Assembly: GCA_035389045.1 (NCBI GenBank)
Contig: DAOORA010000005.1
Location: 26,801-90,800 of the forward strand
Length of the DNA stretch: 64,000 bases
From: Bacteroidales bacterium
GTDB taxonomy: Bacteria > Bacteroidota > Bacteroidia > Bacteroidales > CAIWKO01
Direction of reading: 5' to 3'
In this document: in pieces, positions 28,080-37,534 of the stretch
Position numbering within the stretch: position 1 is the stretch's first letter
How the letters are laid out: the number at the start of each line of letters is the position of its first letter
Position numbers and translations under genes: made by a program
The notes under the pieces: generated by a model
What the model was told of the DNA's origin: nothing
Seen by the model: the letters and a program-made list of their open reading frames with translations, nothing else
Database searches by the model: none

Positions 28080-28130
28080 GTGTCGGGGTGACATCCTCCC
28101 TAAAAGGCCTGTATGCAGGCACCCCGACAC
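28080..28130. other. Perfect 11-bp-stem hairpin in the folD/ffh divergent intergenic region
   Basis: GTGTCGGGGTG (28080-28090) and CACCCCGACAC (28120-28130) are exact reverse complements. The 29-nt loop contains a nested GCCTG-TATG-CAGGC hairpin. Confidence 0.85.
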
Positions 28131-28205
28131 ATACTATTTTCACATTTGTAAGTGATGGTACTGTTGGTAATTAAACAAATCAGTCCCTGTTATTATAGTT
28201 TTTTT

Positions 28206-28213
28206 TACTTTTG
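28206..28213 (+). promoter_or_regulatory. Candidate -7 box TACTTTTG upstream of ffh
   Basis: This is an exact TAnnTTTG match ending 23 nt before the ffh ATG at 28236. Confidence 0.4.
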
Positions 28214-28235
28214 CAGCATAATAAAACTGAAGAAG

Positions 28236-29576
28236 ATGTTTGAAAACCTAAGTGAGAAATTCGACCGAGCGTTTAAGATTCTCAAAGGACAAGGGCATAT
28301 CACCGACATCAACGTCGCCGAATCGCTTAAAGAAGTAAGAAAAGCCCTGCTTGATGCCGATGTGAGTTATAAAATTGCCAAGAGTTTTACCGAAGATGTC
28401 AAAGCCAAAGCCATAGGCCAGAATGTACTGACCTCTGTTTCACCGGGGCAGCTGATGGTAAAGATCGTACATGACGAACTGACGCAGCTGATGGGTACCG
28501 AAAAATCGGATATCAACATCAAGACCAATCCCTCCATAGTGTTGATAGCCGGGCTGCAAGGGTCAGGAAAAACTACTTTTTCGGCGAAACTTGCCAATTA
28601 CCTGAAGACAAAAAAAGGCAAAAACCCTATGCTGGTGGCTTGCGACGTATACCGCCCTGCTGCTGTTGAACAGCTTAAAGTACTCGGGCAGCAGATTGAT
28701 GTTGAAGTGTTTAGTGATGAAGAGGATAAAAAGCCGGTTTCGCTAGCCAAAAAAGCGATAAATTTCGGAAAAGAACGCGGACATAACGTGATCATCATCG
28801 ACACTGCCGGACGTCTGGCCGTTGATGAAGAAATGATGAATGAGATTTCAGATATCAAAAATGCGGTGGTGCCCCATGAGATATTGTTTGTGGTGGATTC
28901 GATGACCGGCCAGGACGCCGTCAACACAGCCAAAGCATTCAACGACCGGCTGAATTTCGACGGTGTGGTGCTGACCAAACTGGATGGCGACACCCGTGGT
29001 GGCGCTGCTTTAACGATCCGGTCTGTGGTGAACAAACCCGTGAAGTTCATCGGCCTTGGCGAAAAGATGGATGCTATTGATGTTTTTCATCCCGAACGTA
29101 TGGCAAGCCGTATCCTCGGCATGGGTGATATTGTTTCTCTGGTAGAACGTGCGCAAGAACAATACGATGTGGAAGAAGCACAAAAACTGCAGAAAAAAAT
29201 CGCCAAAAACCAGTTCAATTTCAATGATTTTATAGATCAGATCAAACAGATCAAGAAAATGGGCAACATCAAGGATCTTGTCGGAATGATACCCGGCATG
29301 GGCAAGGCCATGAAAGATGTTGACATTAACGATGATGCCTTTAAGGGAATAGAAGCCATAATAAGTTCTATGACCCCTTCGGAGCGTGAAAACCCCGATA
29401 TCATCAACGGTAGCCGCCGCAAACGTATAGCCTCAGGAAGCGGAAGCTCGATACAGGAAGTTAACCGGCTGATAAAGCAGTTTGAAGATACGCGTAAGAT
29501 CATGCGTTCGATGACCAATGCCGGAAAAAACCCTGTGAAACAAATGCGGAATATGCGGCAGATGATGAGAAAATAA
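28236..29576 (+). CDS. ffh: Signal recognition particle protein Ffh
   Basis: The ATG at 28236 gives 'MFENLSEKFDRAFKILKG'. GTPase motifs are 'GLQGSGKTT', 'DTAGR' and 'TKLDGD'. The M-domain is Met-rich. The ORF-track GTG extension from 28152 is implausible. Confidence 0.95.
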   Translation: MFENLSEKFDRAFKILKGQGHITDINVAESLKEVRKALLDADVSYKIAKSFTEDVKAKAIGQNVLTSVSPGQLMVKIVHDELTQLMGTEKSDINIKTNPSIVLIAGLQGSGKTTFSAKLANYLKTKKGKNPMLVACDVYRPAAVEQLKVLGQQIDVEVFSDEEDKKPVSLAKKAINFGKERGHNVIIIDTAGRLAVDEEMMNEISDIKNAVVPHEILFVVDSMTGQDAVNTAKAFNDRLNFDGVVLTKLDGDTRGGAALTIRSVVNKPVKFIGLGEKMDAIDVFHPERMASRILGMGDIVSLVERAQEQYDVEEAQKLQKKIAKNQFNFNDFIDQIKQIKKMGNIKDLVGMIPGMGKAMKDVDINDDAFKGIEAIISSMTPSERENPDIINGSRRKRIASGSGSSIQEVNRLIKQFEDTRKIMRSMTNAGKNPVKQMRNMRQMMRK

Positions 29577-29674
29577 ATGTATTAATTTACCCCGGTTAAT
29601 TGCTTAGACATCCTGTTAAGCAAAGGGTTTGAATTAATAATAAAAATAGTTTACTGTTTTAAAAGAATTGAATC

Positions 29675-32600
29675 ATGAAAAATTTTTCAAAATTATTATG
29701 GATTGTTTTAACAATCATGCTGTTTCAGATTAAGGTGTATTCACAGCCGGGGTCATCGTGCAGCACTCCCTATGCGATCTCCACCCTGCCGTTTGTTCAG
29801 ACCGGCATGACCACCGCCGGATTTCCTGACACTTTTGATAACACCGATGCTTGTGCGAGCGACTATATGACCGGTAATGATTTTGTTTTTTCATACAGCC
29901 CGGCATCTGACCAATATGTTAATATTACCCTGACCAATACCGGAAATGCTGTGGGGCTTTTTGTTGTTGACGACTGCCCCGACCAGCCCGGCACATCATG
30001 TATTGCGTCCGCTGAAAGTTTGCTGGGCAATCCTTCGGTGAGCAATGTCATGCTGGATGCAGGAACTACATATTATATCATTGTTTCCACCATGGATCCG
30101 ATCTACATTTTGCCCAATCCATCAACGGCCTTTGATATACAAATAGATGTAATCAATCCGTACGATATGGCTATAATACAGATTGTCAGTCCGCTATCAG
30201 GTTGTGCCCTGACAGCTTCGGAAGAAATCACTATTGAATTAGCTAATAATGGTTTATTGCCTGTTGATTCAGTGCTGATTGAATATTCCATTGACGGCAG
30301 CACACCCGTCACGGATACGGTATATGACCTGATAATGCCCGACAGCACGCTTTTTTTTACTTTTTCAGCACATGGTAATTTTTCTGTTGTCAATACTACT
30401 TATCAACTTTCTGTATATACCAAAGTTGCAGACAACAGTCCGTTAAATGATACTGCCGTGGCGCTGTTGACCAATTCGCAGGTGATAAGCACATTTCCTT
30501 ATCACGAAGATTTTGAAACCGGCAACGGGGGTTATGGCAGCAGTGGATCATCCTCATCGTGGGCCTGGGGAAGCCCTTCAAAACCGATAATCACTCATGC
30601 TGCATCGCCAACCAAATGTTGGGTTACCGGTTTGCAAACCAATTACAATCAGGGTGAGGCTTCCTATCTAAACTTTCCATGTCTTGATTTTTCAGGACTT
30701 ACAGCTCCGGTGCTGGAGTTTAACCTCTGGGTAGCCACTACCGGGATCACCGACTATTGCCGTGTTGAATATTCTGCTGATAACGGCAACACATGGGAAA
30801 CACTTGGCCAGCAAAACGACCCGATAAACTGGTATGATGGCGCTAACGGCTGGACCAGTCCGGGAAATGATTTTATCACAGTACGCCACAGGGTTGACAG
30901 CCTGGCAGGAAATCCCAATGCAAAACTGAGAATATTTTTTTACGGAAGTCTTATAACACAGTCAGATGGCATTGCCGTTGACGATATCAGCATCTATCAG
31001 GCTCCTGCCAACGATATAGGTATCACTCAAATACTCTATCCTGGAACATCTTGCGGCTTAACCAGCAATGAACACATACAGGTCACGATTGAAAATTTCG
31101 GCACCACCGTACAAAGCAACTTCAACATAGGTTTTTCTATCAACGGCATTGCTATGGCTCCGGAAGTGGTGACTTCTGCTTTAAATCCCGGAACATCCAT
31201 GCAATATACCTTCACTACTCCTGCCAACCTCGGCGCAGTTCAGCAATATCAAATTAAGTGCTATACCAGTTTAGTAACAGATACCGATCATTCCAACGAC
31301 ACCAGCAGCATCAGCATAAACAACATGCTTGCCATCAACACATTCCCTTATCTTGAGGATTTTGAATCCAGCGATGGCGGATGGGTTGGCGGCGGCCTGA
31401 ACTCATCATGGGCATGGGGTACGCCCGTAAAACCCATCATCAATCATGCTGCCTCACCAACGAAATGCTGGGTTACCAATCTGACCACCAACGCCAATAT
31501 GCTGGAAATGTCGAACCTCACCGGGCCGTGTTTTGACTTTAGTTCTCTCAATGTTCCAGAAATAGAATTTAATATCTGGTATGCCACTTCGTCGATGGCT
31601 CCCGGCACCGATAGCATCATACTGCAGGTTTCCATCGACAGCGGAGCCACATGGACACGGGTTGGGAACATGTTTGAACCTAATTGGTATAACACGCCCT
31701 ATGGCTGGAGCGGCAACCTCTCAAACTGGACACATGTGCGCCACACCCTGGATTCAGCAGGTGGTGAACCCAATGTCCGGCTGCGGTTGTATTATTATGG
31801 CCCCTATGCTACCATCTGCGAGGGTGTTGCCATTGACGATATCTATATCCATGAAGCGCCGGCCAACGATCTGGGGGTAACCACATTGCAGAGTCCCCAA
31901 AGCGGCTGCAACCTCGGCAACCAGGAATATGTAGGGGTACTTTTTTCCAATTTTGGCCAGAACGCCCAAAGTCATTTCCCGATAAGCTATCAGATAAATA
32001 GTGGAGCATGGGTCACCGATACCATTAACATGCCTATATATTCAAATGAAACCATTTTTTACAGCTTTACGCAAACCGCTGATCTTTCCGCCATTGGAGA
32101 TTATGTTTTTAAAATAACAACAGGCCTGGCCAATGATGAAGATCATGCTAACGACACCGTCACGGTTACGATAACGAACAGTGCGGGTGTTTCCGTATTC
32201 CCCTATTCCGAAGACTTTGAATCGGGTGATGGCGGTTGGTACACCGAAGGTACATCCTCGTGGGCCTATGGCGTTCCGGCTTCGGCGCTTATAAATACTG
32301 CCCATTCCCCCTCCATGGCCTGGAAAACAAATCTCAGTGGCTACACGCTTGGCAATGAAGAATCGTATCTGTATAGTCCCTGTTTTGACTTTACCGGCTA
32401 CAACAACCCTGTTATCGAATTATATGTTTGGCACGAAACGATGATGATGATGGGCGCCACCGCCGTGCTGGAAGCGTCAATAGATGGCGGAATGTCGTGG
32501 GCAGTAGTAGGCCCTAATGAAACAAATAACTGGTATGTGGCAAGTTTTACCGGGGGCAACAGCTGGAACGGCAGTTCCGCCGGATGGGTATATAAAACTC

Positions 32601-33226
32601 ATGCATTAGATTTTTGCGGCAACCAGTCCGGGGTTAAACTCAGGATACATTACCTGCATGGGCAGTTTTCGATGACTCCCGAAGAAGGAATTGCCGTTGA
32701 TGATATTCACATCTTTGACTGTACGGTTCCCGTGCCAGGCTTTACATATTCAGCAAACGGAACCCAGGTAAACTTTACCAATACGTCAACAGGAGCCACC
32801 GGTTATCTCTGGAGATTCGGCGACGGGACAACAGGTACTGTGGCCGATGCCAATCATACCTATCCCGCTCCGGGTACTTATGCTGTTACCCTTGTGGCAT
32901 ACAGCGACTGCACAGCGGATTCAGTTACACAGTACATCAATATTACAGCAGGCGGAATAGATGATTACCAGACAGAAAAAAATATTGTCTGCCAGCCCAA
33001 CCCCAGCAACGGCGTGTTTAATCTTATCATTAGTAACAACCACTGTGATGACATTACGCTGGACATTTACCAAATTAACGGAAGCAGCGTTTATCAGGAT
33101 AGAATTACAGACAACTCGAAAATTATCAGCAAACAGATTGATATTACTGCTTTTGAAAAAGGTGTTTATTATATGCGGCTAAGCGGAAAAAACCTGAATG
33201 TTGTCCGCAAGATAGTCCTTGAATAG
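29675..33226 (+). CDS. Large T9SS-sorted surface protein: N-terminal domain + 3x (CARDB-like + MAM/lectin-like) repeats + PKD domain + CTD
   Basis: 1183 aa with a signal peptide. Three ~285-aa internal repeats each start 'APAND(I/L)G(I/V)T' or 'NPYDMAI' and contain 'FPY.EDFE.G.GGW...SSWAWG.P.KP.I.HAASP.KCWVT' and 'GIAVDDI.I'. A PKD-like 'GYLWRFGDGTTG' follows. The CTD is 'CQPNPSNGVFNL...GVYYMRLSGKNLNVVRKIVLE'. Confidence 0.85.
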   Translation: MKNFSKLLWIVLTIMLFQIKVYSQPGSSCSTPYAISTLPFVQTGMTTAGFPDTFDNTDACASDYMTGNDFVFSYSPASDQYVNITLTNTGNAVGLFVVDDCPDQPGTSCIASAESLLGNPSVSNVMLDAGTTYYIIVSTMDPIYILPNPSTAFDIQIDVINPYDMAIIQIVSPLSGCALTASEEITIELANNGLLPVDSVLIEYSIDGSTPVTDTVYDLIMPDSTLFFTFSAHGNFSVVNTTYQLSVYTKVADNSPLNDTAVALLTNSQVISTFPYHEDFETGNGGYGSSGSSSSWAWGSPSKPIITHAASPTKCWVTGLQTNYNQGEASYLNFPCLDFSGLTAPVLEFNLWVATTGITDYCRVEYSADNGNTWETLGQQNDPINWYDGANGWTSPGNDFITVRHRVDSLAGNPNAKLRIFFYGSLITQSDGIAVDDISIYQAPANDIGITQILYPGTSCGLTSNEHIQVTIENFGTTVQSNFNIGFSINGIAMAPEVVTSALNPGTSMQYTFTTPANLGAVQQYQIKCYTSLVTDTDHSNDTSSISINNMLAINTFPYLEDFESSDGGWVGGGLNSSWAWGTPVKPIINHAASPTKCWVTNLTTNANMLEMSNLTGPCFDFSSLNVPEIEFNIWYATSSMAPGTDSIILQVSIDSGATWTRVGNMFEPNWYNTPYGWSGNLSNWTHVRHTLDSAGGEPNVRLRLYYYGPYATICEGVAIDDIYIHEAPANDLGVTTLQSPQSGCNLGNQEYVGVLFSNFGQNAQSHFPISYQINSGAWVTDTINMPIYSNETIFYSFTQTADLSAIGDYVFKITTGLANDEDHANDTVTVTITNSAGVSVFPYSEDFESGDGGWYTEGTSSWAYGVPASALINTAHSPSMAWKTNLSGYTLGNEESYLYSPCFDFTGYNNPVIELYVWHETMMMMGATAVLEASIDGGMSWAVVGPNETNNWYVASFTGGNSWNGSSAGWVYKTHALDFCGNQSGVKLRIHYLHGQFSMTPEEGIAVDDIHIFDCTVPVPGFTYSANGTQVNFTNTSTGATGYLWRFGDGTTGTVADANHTYPAPGTYAVTLVAYSDCTADSVTQYINITAGGIDDYQTEKNIVCQPNPSNGVFNLIISNNHCDDITLDIYQINGSSVYQDRITDNSKIISKQIDITAFEKGVYYMRLSGKNLNVVRKIVLE

Positions 33227-33299
33227 TAATAATAAACCAGGATCAATAAACTGACCGTAAGGTCAGGCAGTTATTAAAAATATCATTATTTGCTTTCTT

Positions 33300-35126
33300 T
33301 TAAGGGCAGGTGCATGGATTAGTCGTTGTAGTGTTTGTCGTTAAAGGAGTCACAGAGGTATTTACCGGTGTTACCGATGTAATGTATGGATTAACAGCGG
33401 TGCTGACTACCGTTAATGTTATATTTTCCAGAATGTTATATGGAGTTCCTGTACACGACGGGCCTGTTCCATCCGTGGCAACCTTTAAAAACAATATGTC
33501 TGTAGTTCCGCCTGGATTTGCACCATAGCTTTTTGTGACCCCCGCCATAGCATAGTTCCCCGATGGGGTTTGAACAACTGTTGTGGGAATTTCGTATTCT
33601 GTTCCGCCATAATGACGCTGCCATATATGGTTCCCGTTTGCATCCAGCTTATTTAAGATATATTGGTACGACATACCCGTGATATCACAATATCCCACAA
33701 AGGTGTACCCCCCGTCATTTGTCTGAATAATGCATTCTCCCACAAATTCAGTGGTACCACCGTACCTTTTTTGCCATATTATATTGCCCAATGAATCAAT
33801 TTTCATTAGTAGGCCATAGCGGGTCATTCCAATGCGGCCTGTTAAAACAAAACCTCCATCGTTTGTTTTGACCATAGTGATTGACTGTTCCGGTTCAGCA
33901 GAGCCGTATGCTTTTTGCCATACGACGGAGCCGGCGCTGTTTAATCTTATTGCCCAGACATCGTAGCTTCCCAAGCCGGTATAGGTCTTTCCCGTCAACA
34001 CATATTCGCCATTGTTTGTCTGTACGATAGTGGTAGCATTATCTTCATAGGGTCCGTTAAAAGATTCCTGCCACATAATATTGCCGGAACCATCTATTTT
34101 TAAAACCCACAGGTCGCCATCATTTGTGGTGAAATTGTATTTGCCTGAAACAGCATAGCCACCATCATTTGTTTGAATAATTGAGTATCCCAGATCACTA
34201 TTTGCACCGCCATAAGTTTTTTGCCAGATAACATTACCGCCGGCATCCAGTTTTAAAATCCATAAATCAGCGTTTGTGCCTGCAGACAGCATATTGTAAT
34301 ATCCTGTCACCGCATAACCGCCATCATTTGTCTGTATAATGGAATATGCTGCGTCATAATTTGCTCCTCCATATGTCTTTTGCCATATGATGGCGCCTGA
34401 GGCGTCTAATTTGATGATCCACGCATCCGTATTTCCGGCGCCATAAGAATCCGATGACCCGGCTATGACATAACCACCATCATTTGTGATCACCATATTT
34501 CCGACTTCCCAGGGAAAAGCCAAAGCTTCGGAACCTGTACCACCGAATGTTTTAACGATGCAGGGGTTTGTGTCTGAAAGTGTAAATGAAATGACGACTT
34601 CGTCTGACGAAAATGTCCCGCATGAGGTAGTAATGGTCCACTTCAGTGTATAAGTGGCTCCAGCAATACCTGAAAATGTGCTGACAGGGCTTGATGCCGT
34701 ATTAACTGAGCCACCGGAACCACTCACAATGCTCCACATTCCTGTACCCGAAACGGGTGTGTTTCCCGACAGAGTGGTGGTTGTTCCGCTAACATTAAGC
34801 TGATCGGCGCCTGCATCGGCGGTTGTCGGCACGAGTGCACAGCTGCCGCAAAGCTCCAGCCACCCTGATGCATAGTAATTCAGGCAGTTGGTGGTGGTAT
34901 TATAAATGAACAATCCTTGTGCCGGTGAAATAATCAGATCCCGTTCGGTGGTCGTCATCCGTGGAAGTAATACGCCCAGCGACGTGCTTTTCACATCGAG
35001 CATTGATGACGGATCGGCAGCAGCTCCGCTCGCATTGATGGCGACTCCCTGTGCAGGGCTTTCAATCACAGAGAGGCATATTCCTGAGATCAAAAAAGTA
35101 AAAAAAAATATTGTTTTGGTTTTCAT
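33300..35126 (-). CDS. Secreted repeat protein (conserved ~170-aa N-module + beta-propeller-like 'TNDGGY...W..K.D..G..IWQK.YGG' repeats), paralog A
   Basis: 608 aa with a signal peptide. The N-module 'LDVKSTSLGVLLPRMTTTERDLI..PAQGLFIYNTTTNCLNYY' is shared with the neighbouring gene. It has about 7 repeats of a ~45-aa unit. No Por-type CTD (it ends '..TTNPCTCP'). Confidence 0.75.
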   Translation of the reverse strand: MKTKTIFFFTFLISGICLSVIESPAQGVAINASGAAADPSSMLDVKSTSLGVLLPRMTTTERDLIISPAQGLFIYNTTTNCLNYYASGWLELCGSCALVPTTADAGADQLNVSGTTTTLSGNTPVSGTGMWSIVSGSGGSVNTASSPVSTFSGIAGATYTLKWTITTSCGTFSSDEVVISFTLSDTNPCIVKTFGGTGSEALAFPWEVGNMVITNDGGYVIAGSSDSYGAGNTDAWIIKLDASGAIIWQKTYGGANYDAAYSIIQTNDGGYAVTGYYNMLSAGTNADLWILKLDAGGNVIWQKTYGGANSDLGYSIIQTNDGGYAVSGKYNFTTNDGDLWVLKIDGSGNIMWQESFNGPYEDNATTIVQTNNGEYVLTGKTYTGLGSYDVWAIRLNSAGSVVWQKAYGSAEPEQSITMVKTNDGGFVLTGRIGMTRYGLLMKIDSLGNIIWQKRYGGTTEFVGECIIQTNDGGYTFVGYCDITGMSYQYILNKLDANGNHIWQRHYGGTEYEIPTTVVQTPSGNYAMAGVTKSYGANPGGTTDILFLKVATDGTGPSCTGTPYNILENITLTVVSTAVNPYITSVTPVNTSVTPLTTNTTTTNPCTCP

Positions 35127-35216
35127 AACAGGTATTTTTTTTCGGTCGTAACTTGAAGCATGTTTTTTATCATGTTCGTATCCCTCTAAGGTTGATGGAT
35201 GATACTTGTCAGAAAT

Positions 35217-37091
35217 TTACTGCGAACAATCGGTCCAGTGGTCAATATTTTGTAATACAGGTGTTACAACCGGGCTCGAAGTTGAAACGGTTAGATTTTG
35301 CAGGTTTGTTTGTACAGCCGCTGTAACATCAGCAGTAACCAATGTTACCGCCGCCATTGAGGTTGTCACACTGTTTGAATAGCATGTCGTACCGTCAAAT
35401 TTGAATTTTTCCACACACAGGTTGGTCAGTCCGTAAGCATTGGTGTGCTTATGAGTGCCGGCGGCTGTCAGGAAACCATCATGAACCTGAAATACATCGC
35501 CATAATAATCAAATGGGTTTGGGTGGCCATCTGCAACATTGTCGGTTTTTACCCATTCAAGATTTCCGCCGATATCGAACTTGTAAAAAGTTCTGCTGTT
35601 ATGTACCTGGAAATAAGCAGAAATTGCTGAAACGAAGAAGCCGCCATCGTAACAGGTAATAACTTTTGAAAACATGCCTGTTGTTGTATTTTTTGCCCAC
35701 AGGACATCACCTGTAGCAGACAATTTGAACAAGAAACTATTGGCAGATCCGGGGTAACCGCTGACTATGTAACCTCCGTCGGTAGTGTTGTCAACTCCGT
35801 ACCCCCCCAAAGTATTATACGGAGGGTCTGTCTGCCCATAAACCCTGGCCCATTCAAGAACTCCTGTGGAACTGTATTTTTGAACCATACATTGGTTATA
35901 TGCTCCGGTCATTCTGTATGTCCATGTATCTCCCACAACAATGCAGCCGCCATCGGGCGTCGCTTTTACATCCCTGTAAGTGTCCGTAAAAAAAGTAGGT
36001 TCAGCAGGGTTAATCGCAATAAGTTTTACCCACTGTTGAACACCCGAAGCATTGAATTTTATAAGCACCCCATGCGTAGCAGACCCTGCAGATGCCTTAC
36101 ATAGAACGTAAAATCCATTATCGGGGGCCAGTGATAATGCGGATACATCTTCGCTATAGGTTGCACTACCCAGAACTTTGGAAAAAACAATATTGTGCGA
36201 TGCGTCAAATTTTACTAACAATACATCTGAATTGGAATGCAACCACGAAAAGACACTGCCGGCAATCACATAACCTCCGTCATGTGTGGTGTCAATATAT
36301 GGTGTGCCATCCGCACCAGTACCCCCGATTGTTTTTGACCAGACATAATTTCCGCTGGTATCAATGTCAACAATAAGCCAGTCACTGCTCCCGGCGCCGT
36401 AATTACTCGTGTACCCGGCAGCAATAATGTTGCAGTTTGAACTGAGTTGAACAATGGAAGTACCTGTATTTCCGCCCAGGTTATCTTTACCTCCTACGAA
36501 TAAGAATTTCTTTCCTGAGGGGCAGGCTCCCAATGGGGTAATAACAGATGAAAAAGATACATTAACGGTATCATAGCTTGTACTGCAAGGGGTTGTAATA
36601 GCCCAGGATAAGGTGTATGAATTTCCTGCCAATCCGGTGAAACTGCTGACAGGATCAGAAGGATCGGAAATGCTGCCGCCGGTTCCTGCAATAATACTCC
36701 ATACGCCGGTCCCGGATGTCGGAACATTGCCGGCGAGAGTGGTAGTTACTCCGTTTATATTTAATTGGTCCACTCCGGCATTAGCGGTTGTAGGCAACGG
36801 TATGCAGTCTCCACACAACTCCATCCATGCAGATCCGTTGAAATAATTAAGACAGTTTGTGGTCGTATTATAAATGATGAGACCCTGCACCGGCAGCACG
36901 ATGGAATCCCTTTTAGCGGTTGTCATTCGTGGAAATAGAACACCTTTGGAATTGCTGCTTACATCAAGCAGTGCAGAAGGGTCAGCAGGGGTTCCCGTAT
37001 TGTTTATTCCCACACCCTGTGAAAAACTCTCATGGTTAATAAACACCACAAGGATACTAAGCAGACAAATTTTAATTATGTATTTTTTCAT
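35217..37091 (-). CDS. Secreted repeat protein, paralog B of 33300-35126
   Basis: The ATG at 37089-37091 gives 'MKKYIIKICLLSILVVFINHESFSQ'. The N-module 'LDVSSNSKGVLFPRMTTAKRDSI..PVQGLIIYNTTTNCLNYF' aligns with paralog A over about 170 aa. The C-terminal propeller-like repeats are much more diverged. No CTD. Confidence 0.75.
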   Translation of the reverse strand: MKKYIIKICLLSILVVFINHESFSQGVGINNTGTPADPSALLDVSSNSKGVLFPRMTTAKRDSIVLPVQGLIIYNTTTNCLNYFNGSAWMELCGDCIPLPTTANAGVDQLNINGVTTTLAGNVPTSGTGVWSIIAGTGGSISDPSDPVSSFTGLAGNSYTLSWAITTPCSTSYDTVNVSFSSVITPLGACPSGKKFLFVGGKDNLGGNTGTSIVQLSSNCNIIAAGYTSNYGAGSSDWLIVDIDTSGNYVWSKTIGGTGADGTPYIDTTHDGGYVIAGSVFSWLHSNSDVLLVKFDASHNIVFSKVLGSATYSEDVSALSLAPDNGFYVLCKASAGSATHGVLIKFNASGVQQWVKLIAINPAEPTFFTDTYRDVKATPDGGCIVVGDTWTYRMTGAYNQCMVQKYSSTGVLEWARVYGQTDPPYNTLGGYGVDNTTDGGYIVSGYPGSANSFLFKLSATGDVLWAKNTTTGMFSKVITCYDGGFFVSAISAYFQVHNSRTFYKFDIGGNLEWVKTDNVADGHPNPFDYYGDVFQVHDGFLTAAGTHKHTNAYGLTNLCVEKFKFDGTTCYSNSVTTSMAAVTLVTADVTAAVQTNLQNLTVSTSSPVVTPVLQNIDHWTDCSQ

Positions 37092-37534
37092 GATAAAAAA
37101 TGTTTCGATACCGTGCAATATGCATTAATTTTAATGTATAATTCTATTGATTTAATTGAATAATTCGACTTATATTGTCATGACCGATTGAAATTGATCA
37201 CAACTAAAATACATATTTTATAATTTTTGGACAAATAAAATCCTGATTGGGGATAAATTTTTTTAAATTTACAACCAGAAATATTGCATAAAACATATTT
37301 TATTTATTAAATGTATTTTCTATGAGGTTTCTTAACGTGCAGTATTATTACTATACTGAGAGGCTTTTGATTACTTTAAGCAAAAGCAATAGAACATAGT
37401 ATACAGTTTCAAGACAAATGATTCTCAGAATAATCAAATACAATGTGTAACACATCAAAATATTTCCTTAAAGATTATATGTCATAATAAAAAAAAATTT
37501 ATACCTTTATGGAGATTTTTAACATACATTTGTT

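Noticed and set aside
28152-28235. Upstream extension of ffh from a GTG at 28152
   Set aside because: The extension encodes hydrophobic low-complexity sequence. Canonical Ffh begins 'MFENLSEKF' at the ATG at 28236, which has an upstream TAnnTTTG box.
28598-29050. 150-aa antisense ORF inside ffh, and similar antisense or shadow ORFs elsewhere. Examples are 19888-20487, 45620-46108, 43101-43559, 44402-44788, 6554-6934 and 60631-61029.
   Set aside because: All lie fully within strongly supported genes on the opposite strand or in another frame, and they have Ser/Pro/Arg-rich shadow-frame composition.
33251-33266. Hairpin CTGACC-GTAA-GGTCAG between convergent genes as a terminator
   Set aside because: It has a short 6-bp stem and no clear T-run on the + strand, with only a weak TTTATT on the minus strand. 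This is not strong enough to list as a feature.
37525-37532. TACATTTG (exact TAnnTTTG) just upstream of the 37535 gene
   Set aside because: The box ends only 2 nt before the ATG, so transcription from it would start inside the coding region. It is not called as this gene's promoter.
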